Shown here in pieces: positions 54,470-64,000 of a stretch of DNA of 64,000 nt. The stretch is from the NCBI GenBank assembly GCA_002269645.1, contig NIVC01002582.1:62001-126000 (forward strand), given 5' to 3'. Position numbers and translations under genes: made by a program. The stretch's first letter is position 1, and the number at the start of each line of letters is the position of its first letter. The notes below the pieces were generated by a model that worked only from the letters and a program-made list of their open reading frames with translations, was not told the DNA's origin and did not search any database. This DNA is from Macrostomum lignano. Its lineage: Eukaryota.

Positions 54470-57400
54470 ATGGCACTAGTCTACCAGATCAAGCTCCTAG
54501 CCAACATGCTGTCGCGAAAGAAGACTCTAGACGAAGCTCACATGGAAGAGACTCAACTAAATCGCTGCCTAACAACTCTCGACCTCACCGCACTGGGCGT
54601 CGGCTCGACCCTGGGCGCCGGTGTCTACGTGATCGCCGGAGAGGTCGCCCAGAAAGCCACCGGCCCAGCTGTGGTCGCGTCGTTCTTCATTGCGGCGTCT
54701 GCGTCAATCTTGGCTGGCCTGTGCTACGCAGAATTCGGCGCCAGAGTGCCCAAGTCGGGCTCCGCTTACGTCTACAGCTACGTGTCAGTTGGAGAACTGA
54801 TGGCCTTCGTCATCGGCTGGAATCTCATCCTCGAGTACGTGATTGGAACTGCAAGCGTTGCTCGGGCTTGGTCGCAGAACTTTGACAGCCTAGTTGGCGG
54901 CAAGATTATCGATTTCTTCAAGGACTACATGAGCATGTCGCTTCCTGGACTGGCCGATTATCCTGACCTGTTCGCACTGGGCATGGTGCTGCTTCTAACG
55001 GCTATCATTGCTATCGGGGTCAAGGAGTCCGCCTGGGTGACAAACATCTTCACTTTCATCAACCTGATTGTACTGGCTGTTGTGTTCGTTGCGGGATGCT
55101 TCTTGTCCAGCTTTGCTAACTGGAGCATCCGACCGGACTTGAACGGCACGGTTGTGTACCACAATGTCACGTACTCGGCCGATCAAGTTGGCGATGGCGC
55201 CTTTCTGCCGTTCGGTCTGCAGGGTGTTGTCTCCGGCGCTGGGACCTGCTTCTACGCGTTTGTGGGATTCGATGCGATTGCCACGACTGGAGAAGAGGTT
55301 CGTTAGTGAGTTCATTGAGTTGTTTTAATGAATGTTACATAGCTATGTACGCTAGCACACGATAGATCACACAGGGTGGACAGAAGCTTTGACTTTCTCA
55401 TTGTCAGACAGGCATGTACACGCTCTGTGCATTGAGAGTTTAACCTCATTGTTGAGAATCGTTAAAGCTTTGCGGGCGCCCCTGTCTCTTGGTTGGCGCC
55501 CCTGTCTCTTGGTGGGCGCCCCTGTCTCTTGGTGGGCGCCCCTGTCTCTTGGTGGGCGCCCCTGTCTCTTGGTGGGCGCCCCTGTCTCTTGGTGGGCGCC
55601 CCTGTCTCTTGGTGGGCGCCCCTGTCTCTTGGTTGGCGCCCCTGTCTCTTGGTGGGCGCCCCTGTCTCTTGGTGGGCGCCCCTGTCTCTTGGTTGGCGCC
55701 CCTGTCTCTTGGTTGGCGCCCCTGTCTCTTGGTTGGCGCCTCTGTCTCTTGGTGGGCGCCCCTGTCTCTTGGTGGGCGCCCCTGTCTCTTGGTGGGCGCC
55801 CCTGTCTCTTGGTGGGCGCCCCTGTCTCTTGGTTGGCACCCCTACTCCTGTGTCCTAGGCCTAGGCCGGTTGAAAGTTGGGATCCTGCCATTTGTTGAGT
55901 ACCATCTGTCCATTAGTTTTTGAGCAAAACTTTTGTAGGGACGATTGGGGCTCCTCTGCGTACGCCACTGTACAATAGCCAGATGCAAAAAATCAAGAAC
56001 TAAATTTTAAGTACTCTACTAAAATGTTAGTAGTAGAATACCAATATTTTTTTAAAATCCGCTCTTGATTAATCTATTTATAGGTGAAAAATCCTCAACG
56101 AGCTATCCCAATCAGCATCATTTTGAGTCTGGCAATTTGCTTCGTAGCCTACTGCGGCGTCAGCTCCGTTCTCACCTTGATGCAGCCGTACTTCGCTCTG
56201 GACCCGTTTGCGCCCCTGCCTCAAGCGTTCGCCGCTCACGGTTGGCTTGTTGCCAACTATTTCATCGCTGTTGGCGCCATCTGCGCCCTGTCCACTAGCC
56301 TGCTGGGAGCCATGTTCCCCCTGCCCCGAGTGGTCTACGCCATGGCTAGCGATGGGTTGATCTTTCGCTTTCTATCTCGGGTTCATCCGCGTCTCGCTAC
56401 TCCATTAATTGCCACCGTGCTGACGGGAGTCATGGCCGGCGTCATGGCATGCATGTTCGAGCTGAAAGCACTGGTTGACATGATGTCTATCGGTACACTA
56501 CTAGCCTACACTCTTGTAGCCCTGTCTGTGCTCATACTTCGCGGTAGTTGCGACGTTTTCAACAATCGAGCAGTGTCTGCTCCGAGTGAGACCCCTAGTG
56601 GAGAGCAGCAGGTTCTGGAAGAGCCCGTTGTTGCAGCGACAAGCTCAATGAAAACTGTACTGGTCGACGTTGAGGAAACCGACTTTGTTGAGCTCATTGA
56701 GTCTACCAGAGCAGATAAATTTACGCTTAAATCCTATCTGAGCTGCTCATTCCGTAGAGGTGGCTACTCTGAGCCGAACAATCTGACTGAACAGGTCACT
56801 CGAGTCAACTCCGGCTTATTTATGATCTCAGCAGGTGTGTTGGCATTCGTACTTGAGCGGATGCCTAACCAACTGGGAGCTGGCAGGCCAGAAGCAGTGA
56901 TCCCGGCATCCATTGCCTGCCTACTGTGTCTGTTAGCCATGATCAGTTTGGCCATGCAGCCGCAGAGTCGAAAACCAGTGGCTTTTAAGGTAATGCTATT
57001 TCATATGTCTTAAAGTGGTAAAGAAATTTATAAAGGGTTGACCTGATGCTCACAAATGCTATTCCTGTGTCGCTTTGTAGACCCTTTGTAAACCGCGGCC
57101 TTTTTAGAGGCAGGGGCCTGTGTGCACCCTGACGCACTTTAAACGACATTTTCGCACAACCGGCGTGAGGCATTGCTGCCCATTCCGCCGACTCCCCTGA
57201 GCAGACACAAAAGCGCGCGGATACGTACGCAGTCATACGCACAGGCACACACTCACACAGGAGTGTACAGCAGCCCTAACTTTATTTATCGTTAGGCATG
57301 TACACTTCACTGTGCCTTGGGGGTTGGCCGTCAAGAGCGTTAATTGCACGAGCAGAGCCAAGCCGAGATTAGCTAGCCCCAAATTAATCTGACTGCACAT

Positions 57401-57911
57401 GGAATCGAACCTGGGCTGCTGGCTACAGCCCCTACGGAATCTTTGACCACGTACATTTTGCAGATGTGAATGAAAAAATTAAAATGGTTGAAATTAACTT
57501 TAAAACTTATCGTAACAATCAGAATGTTACAAATCAATTCTAAGGTTATTTTCGTACGACAGATGCATGTTCCTATAATCCTGTCATCGACATCGAACTA
57601 AAACCAACTCTGATTGTCCTTATTTACCTTGGCTCTCACAGGTGCCCTGGGTGCCGTACCTTCCGTGTCTGTCTATCCTGGCCAATCTCTACCTGATGAC
57701 CGCCCTATCAAGCAGTACATGGATTCGATTTATAGTCTGGAGCGCTATCGGATTCCTTATTTACTTTGGCTACGGCCTGTTGCACAGCAACGAGCACGCG
57801 GTTCAGACTCGGCCGGTACTGCTGCTAGCGGCAGAGCAACAAAACCGGACATTGGTAGCCAACGGTGTTGGTGGCCGCGATAATCAGCAAATAAATAATT
57901 TGCACTTGTAA
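54470..57911 (+). CDS. Cationic amino acid transporter (CAT, SLC7A1-4 family), predicted 667 aa
   Basis: Exons 54470-55297, 56084-56989 and 57642-57911, both introns phase 0. Motifs [74 protein letters not shown] and [10 protein letters not shown]. The specific paralogue cannot be assigned. Confidence 0.95.
55474..55845. repeat. 20-bp minisatellite GGGCGCCCCTGTCTCTTGGT (CAT intron 1)
   Basis: About 18 copies. Confidence 0.93.
57118..57425 (-). mobile_element. SINE family 2 copy in CAT intron 2
   Basis: Shares its body with the 45654 and 49270 copies; the 5' head is partly lost. Confidence 0.78.
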
Positions 57912-58050
57912 ATATGAGTGCCCGACAATTTACTACCAACAAAAGGACCGTCGCAAGCTAGTCAGACATTTAAACTTCATCATGTGACTATAGTCAGAGT
58001 TTTGACTTTTAATGCGGAAATACTAACGTCTACCGTAAATGAATATCATA

Positions 58051-58517
58051 CAACAACAACAACAACAAAATACGCGGCCCCGCAAGCAAAGTCAGTTAGA
58101 GCAGGGCGCGTCAGATAGCGCGCCGCAGAGCCTGGGAGCGAACGAAGTCCGCTCCGTTGGCAGTGTCTGGCGCCCCAGCGTCGCACAGCAGGCAGTCCAC
58201 GTATCGACGGGTTCGGGCCTGACCCCGCCTGAACGGGCCCTGCAAGGTGAGCAGCAGGACGTCCTGAACGGGTTGGGGGCAGTAGCCCTCGGCCCGGATC
58301 ACGTGGCCCGCCAGTTGGAGTCGCCGTCGGCGCAGGATGGTGGACGGGCGCTGCAGCTTGGCCCGATCGTACAGGGCCTCGGTCCCGACGCTCTCGTCAG
58401 CTCGAAAGGCCGCACGGAGCAGCCCTGAGTGCGCCGAGTCCAGCTGCCGCTCTAGCGTAGCCGTCAGCGTCCACGTCTCGGCGTTGTAGAGCAGGACGGT
58501 TTCGACCACCGCCTGCC
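58051..58517 (-). mobile_element. 5'-truncated RTE-clade non-LTR retrotransposon with target-site duplication
   Basis: VETVLLYNAETWTLT...RRRRLQLAGHVIR is a typical RTE ORF C-terminus; (TTG)n tail; GAATATCATA duplicated at 58041-58050 and 58518-58527. Confidence 0.88.
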
Positions 58518-58939
58518 GAATATCATAACAAGGTTAATTAAATCTTTTGACGCTCCAGATTTTAATTGTCAATTTCCAATTCTCGGCTAAAGAGTGTGTG
58601 GATTAATTCTTTGAATTTTTTTTTGAAGATTGAGTTTATTTTTACTATCTGGTACATCACTTCTGGTGGAATTTTTTCGTAAACGACACTCAGGGGCTCT
58701 ACATGTAGAATGCTTGATTTAATTGTACATAAAAATATAGGCACCCAGACCGATACTTATAGTATACTTACCCAACCTGACTTTGTATACTCCGGTTTTA
58801 AAACCGTCTTAAGCCTCCTTACCTGCATCACGTACATACTGTACATTGAGTTAGATTTCATTAGTTCATCAAATATCCCGGAAAAGGCCTATAATTAAAA
58901 AGGAAACTTTATAAGTCGAACCCACCAGATCCATCATCT

Positions 58940-59560
58940 TGTACGTGGCCATATGGGTGCACTCGACCGACCAGCAGCCATTGCTATCGTCAGCTGCAGT
59001 TTCTGTGACGTCCAGCTTCCAGTGTTTGAAGCTCATCTCGGCGTCGTCATCTCAGACAGACACAAAGTACATCCATCCAGCAGGAATGGGGTCACTGTGG
59101 ACGTATCTGATCTGCTTGGATTCGGCCGTCAACTTCAGAGCTGGTCTGCTCTCGACAACACTTTATAGCACCACCAGTAAAACTGCTAAAGACGTCTGTG
59201 ACAAATTTTTCTAACAAAGTGAGTTGCCTTGCTGATGACGTAGAAGATTCTGGTCTTCGGAGAACGCTGCTTTTCTTGGCTGAACAGCTGCTGCTCTGTC
59301 TGACCTTGCCGCATGCACGTCCTTACTCGGCACTCACTACTATGCTATGTCTGACCTTCATGCTTAGAAGCAAAGCTTGCTACGCAACTTTGCGAGAAAT
59401 TCTTTGCCTGCCACATCCAAAGTCAAAGACTCCTCAGAAACAGTTGGGTTGTTTTACCCACGTTGCATCTCAGAGTGAAGCAGAGCGTACTGCTTCTCAT
59501 GTATTTGCATCACTGCCTCGCACTGGCGTTTGATGAAATGCACATTAAGCCATCTATTCT
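58940..59560 (+). pseudogene. Degraded P-element/THAP9-type transposase fragment
   Basis: LFLAEQL...RPYSALT..LCLTF...SKACYATLREILCLPHP followed, in another frame, by CLALAFDEMHIKP (resembles the P-type FDEM motif). Frameshifted; the left boundary is approximate. Confidence 0.55.
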
Positions 59561-60052
59561 TTTGTTTCCTCGTTCGTTAATGCGTCCGTCGTTAGATTTA
59601 TTGGCATATCCTTGGATTTTTTGCTTACTATTTAAGCTGATAAAATACATGCGTTCGTCTTACCTTAAATCAGCCAGCCCCCACATTTCTTACTCACTAA
59701 AGCCGAGTTTCCAGTCCCATCTTTCTATGGTAAACTTCTATCGCAGAAGTCGCTGTTATTGCAGTCCAGATTTCCTTGAAATTGGTTTGAATTTCCAACT
59801 GCTTCAGCGACAGCGAGAACTCTCTCTAGTGCGCAGGAACAAGTGGGACGACATGCTGAGCACTAGGCTGAGTACAGTGGATTTTCTGTTATCAAGGAAA
59901 CTCAGAAATTTCTACGTGGTCCAATCAGATGCATCTGACTATATGCATCTACGCACGTCAAATACACATTAGATAGCTATACATACATATGCATAAATTC
60001 TACTAGATTCCAATCCCACTCAGACTATAGTCAACAACTCAGCAAAACAATC

Positions 60053-61737
60053 ATGTACAATTTCGTAGCTTTGCTGACTCTGTGCTTAGCCACGGCTGCT
60101 TCTGCTGTTCAACTGCACGAAGTCGACAGCCAAAGCTGGTCAGGCGATAAAGTGCGCGAGTTCCGCCTATCTTTCATCGACCAAGCCAACGATTTGCTGG
60201 AGTGCGCCGTTTTTGCAGCCAAGTACCTGCTTAGTGATCAGCTTCTGGTATTCATCAAAGGCGATGGAGCAGTGAAGTCTCAGTGCTTTTTAGGTGAGGA
60301 AAACATGAATGTTTTACTGCCGGTCTATTTTTTTAGATTCAAGCAAAACTTTTCCGACACCTTTTTTCTCCAGCGAAGAAAACTCGTTGCCTCAGACTCC
60401 CGCGGAGCAGCCCTGCGACTTCATCATCAATAAAAGTAGGTGACCAACTTCTAGCGATTTGAAATGATTTCGAAACAACTTCGGTGGTATCAGCGAACAC
60501 ATGTAGAATATATATTTCAGGTTTTCGTGACATCACTGCCAACTTGTTGGACAACAATTCAGCACCGAGTCGACAACACGATCGATTTTCATCGCAACTG
60601 GGCCGACTATGCTGCTGGATTTGGCCAGGAGCCAAGCCGAAACTTCTGGATTGGTGCGTACCTGTGCATAGCAAGGACCCTTAGAAGTTACCGTTTCATT
60701 AAGTCGTAATATTACCGTTCAATGGACAACTTGTGCTACTGTTTGACTGGGGGTTAAACTAAAATTATTTTAAATTATGTACTGTTTGTTCTTTAAACAG
60801 TTTTTTTGCAGAATGCATTGCATCAAAGAGGTGTTTTCCCTGAAAATCTTCGTTTGAGAAAAGTCTGACTAAAATTGCGTCTAGAATGATACTCTCATGC
60901 AGGACTCGGCCATAGATCTTATATAGAGAATAGAAGACGGGAGAGGAGAGATGACAAACAGAGAGGTGGGATGAGAGAAGAGATAAGAGAGCAGATAAGA
61001 GGAGAGAAGAGGTTAGAGAGCTGAGATAAGACACAAACCATAAACGGGCCGGAATGCTATTGCGAAGTTTCAAAAGACATGAGGGCCGGATGGAGAGGCT
61101 TCGCGAGCCTCATATGGCTCGCGGGCTGGAGTTTTCCGACCACTGCTCAAAGGAGACAGGAGGAGCGGTAACCGGCCTAGCTTCTATTCTGTGCGTTTGA
61201 CAGCCTCTTGTAGAATTTTTTCCTGAATTTAAGTCGACAATAATTATAAGATTGAACATATTGTCGGCCTTTCGGAATTCAACAAATAGGACTAATTATA
61301 CCTTTCAATACAGGCCTTCGAACTCTTCACTGGCTGACCTCGCCAACTGCTCGAACTCTTCGCGTGAGCATGAAAAAGTGGGACGACACTGAGCACTGGG
61401 CTGAGTACAGCAGCTTCTCTGTTGCCAACGAGGCTGAGAAATTTCGTTTAAGTTTTATCGGATTTTCAAGCTCATCAAGCCAGGTTGGAGACTCGATGGC
61501 GTATCACAATGGTATGTACTTTAGCACCTATAACTCGGACAACGATCTTTCGCCAAGCAATTGCGCTGCATTTTATAAAGGAGGTTGGTGGTACAAAGTA
61601 TGTCATCATACTAATCCAAACGGCTTATACTATAATCTCCTGAGGCCGAAAATGTTCCAAGTGCTACTGGTATCAGTTGGCTCTTTGAATTTCAACACAA
61701 ATATTCAATGAAGGAGTTTGAAATGCTAATCTGCTAA
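60053..61737 (+). CDS. Secreted fibrinogen-related domain (FReD) protein, 4 exons, with a 1-nt frameshift near the C-terminus
   Basis: Signal peptide MYNFVALLTLCLATAASA. Exons 60053-60293, 60374-60435, 60521-60653 and 61314-61737 (phases 1, 0, 1). Motifs WTTIQHRVD..DFHRNWADYAAGFG, FWIGL, GDSMAYHNGMYFSTYNSDND and GGWWYKVC. The terminal GISW...YSMKEFEMLI lies in a shifted frame after 61636. Confidence 0.85.
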
Positions 61738-62790
61738 AACTTCACTATATTGTAAAGCTTATAAATTTACAAATATATACCTGTTGAACAGACTAGGTAA
61801 GAACTTTTTATGAATGGAACTCTGCACTGTCTTGCAATACCGATCTTATTGACTCAGTTTTAATACTACACTGACCTTTTTGAGACCCAATTTAAATGTA
61901 CAACCAGATTTTATTCACATATGAATTGCATAGAAAACTGACTTAATTATGGCGCACCTTTTATGTTCTACCCAATGACGCTGACTCTACTTTGTTTGTT
62001 TAGAAGTGCAAGACCTTGCTATAATGAGTATTGTAAGGAAACAATATTACTCGTATGTAAAAACCTATTTGATCTAAAATAATACAACTAATTTTTATCA
62101 ACGTTCAAACTTAGCAAGCGATTTCTAAGAACTAGAAAATCAATAAAAAGAAAATATTTGGATTTTTCGGTTCAATCATTTTCGGAATTTTTTGTAGCAA
62201 GATAAAATTGCAGCCATAGAGAGGGTTTACTCTTGTCATTAACCGAGCTTGCTTCTGGGCACGTGAGTGGAATGAGAGGCAGAAATGAAATGAAATGGTA
62301 CCAGTATACGACTTTTAGTCTGAACCTGTGACAGGCAGGCTGATAGCTGCATGGTCATCACTTTATCCCACCCCAAATGATTGCTGTCGCATCGACTGAA
62401 TCTATCAATTTGGGAAGCTTTCCAGCTCCCGCTGTTGCATGGACAGCTCTATTATTCATGAAGAATGTGGAATTGCAGTTGGGAAGCTATAAAAATGAAA
62501 TAATAGAGGCGACTGTTGAGAACGATGCCTTTTAGTTTAGTCAGTTTAGTCCATTTTGTTGGACTAAGATTTTTGTTTCTGCATAGAAGAGCATAACTCA
62601 TAAAGCACACAAAATTCAAGTATATGATAGAACTATCTGTTGTGCAGCCATCCAAAGTTGACGGGCTCTGATAATTTTTAGATATTCAATTGTAGCTTAC
62701 GATTAATAAGGACCAAAAAGGTTTAAAATTTTTACTGTTACTGTATTTTACAAGTCTTCTTAAGTTTATCTAACTGTAGGTAACTCTAGA

Positions 62791-62907
62791 GGGGGTTGTA
62801 GCCTAATGTGTGTGGCGACCCCCCAGTCCTTGGACTGAACAGCCGTACGCAAGCTTCAAGATGCGCCGCGCAATAGCTGCGGCTGGGCTGTCGGTTGCAC
62901 ATCTGCC
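62791..62907 (+). mobile_element. Internally deleted SINE family 1 copy
   Basis: The first ~15 nt of the head (GGGGGTTGTAGCCTA) are joined directly to the 3' part (TGTGTGTGGCGACC...GGTTGCACATCTG). Confidence 0.75.
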
Positions 62908-63250
62908 TATTATAGGGCAGGTGTAATCAAATATTGTTATAAGAATGTAACTCGTATCGTTTTCAAATACTCGTACGTATAACAAGATGTACATGTAGCC
63001 AGCTAAACCCCGTACAGCAATCTAACGTTGGTCGAGGTTTCCGATGACTATCAACTTCGGTTACGTCGCTATAGGAAATGGGTATCTTCACATTGCACCG
63101 ACTTTCAGCTGATGTATATAACGCCGTTAATTGTCGTTGCAATGTAAAAATACCCCATTTCCCACTTCGAGGGGTGTCAAAATGTTGCGCGGGAAAGTGA
63201 AGTACTTATGGTTGTCTCGGGGTTGTCTCGAGGTGGCCTGGTAGGTCTTT

Positions 63251-64000
63251 GAATCCCACCGCTGCCACCAATGTTGTACCTGTGCTTCTCCTGCTGTCTA
63301 GCACAGTGATTTTGGCTCTCCGTCTTCTCAACCGGAAGCCTTCTAATATTAGCTCTTAGTAGCGTAGGTAGTGCTGCCACAGTTCCTTCAGGTCTCGGCC
63401 TTCAGTGAGGTGAGCTTCCCGTCGGAACGAAATAAACAAGTCAACGAACTCAGCACAGCGTGCAGATTTGCAGATTAATGAACAAGGCGTCCTGGTCAGC
63501 AGATCCCGCCGGGCTCAGGGGCTGGGAAGGCAGTGTTAGCCTCGATCCTTAGGCTTGGGCGTCAATGGGCAAAACTGAACGGAGTCTAGAAAACTAGACT
63601 AAAGAAGAACAACAAGAAGACAATAAGAAGACTAATTCGACAACTACGAGTAGGAGACTAAGAAGACAAATTCTTGACTGAACCAAGGGTGAGGGGCACG
63701 TATTTATAGGCAGGAAATCCCCGCTGCACCAGTGTGCGCCGGACCTCCTGACTCTGTTCTATTTTAGAACTGACGTCACTCTCTGCCTTAGAGAAGGCAG
63801 GCTCTGCGGGTAAAGTGCACAGAGTGCATGGCTCATCATCTATTTTTAGAAACATGAGTCACCTATTACCTTAGAGAAGGCAAGGGCCCCGAAGCACGTG
63901 ATTCCTCCTGTAAACACGGGCCAACGAATGCAGTAAACATGTTTACTGCACTTTAGGACTTCGCGAAAACAAGACTTGTCAGGTGACTTGCTCACATGAC
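63251..64000 (-). mobile_element. 5' LTR (runs off the window) plus tRNA-Leu primer-binding site
   Basis: The + strand GAATCCCACCGCTGCCACCA (63251-63270) equals the tRNA-Leu 3' end including CCA. A 1-nt spacer follows, then the LTR terminal CA at 63272-63273 on the minus strand. No internal ORF is retained. Confidence 0.7.

Noticed and set aside
63251-63270. Exact tRNA-Leu 3' end including CCA, and tRNA-like SINE heads elsewhere
   Set aside because: No full cloverleaf is present. The position 1 nt from an LTR end identifies a primer-binding site, and the SINE heads continue into shared non-tRNA bodies.

Overview
This is eukaryotic, intron-containing invertebrate genomic DNA. GC-rich exons, a minisatellite in most introns and tRNA-derived SINEs resemble a free-living flatworm such as Macrostomum, but that attribution is inference only. 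Genes found: the last exon of a BLTP1/KIAA1109 homologue, a 4-exon TPR-like gene with one frameshift, a glycine-rich (ALK/LTK-type) pseudogene, a 5-exon gene with two divergent chromodomain-like repeats that the ORF track misses, an intronless TBCA, a complete PKD2 (polycystin-2) gene, a cationic amino acid transporter (SLC7A1-4 family) and a fibrinogen-related gene. Mobile DNA includes a 5'-truncated Ty3/Gypsy element, two LTRs with tRNA-Leu primer-binding sites, two SINE families, an RTE fragment with a target-site duplication and a P-type transposase remnant. The strongest leads are (1) a cold-shock-domain-like module between the Gag zinc knuckle and the protease of the Gypsy polyprotein, (2) two 114-nt candidate mutually exclusive exons encoding alternative S1 helices of PKD2, and (3) the double chromodomain-like gene. 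I found no rRNA, no true tRNA gene and no CRISPR array. All homology calls come from recognising motifs by eye; no database search was run.
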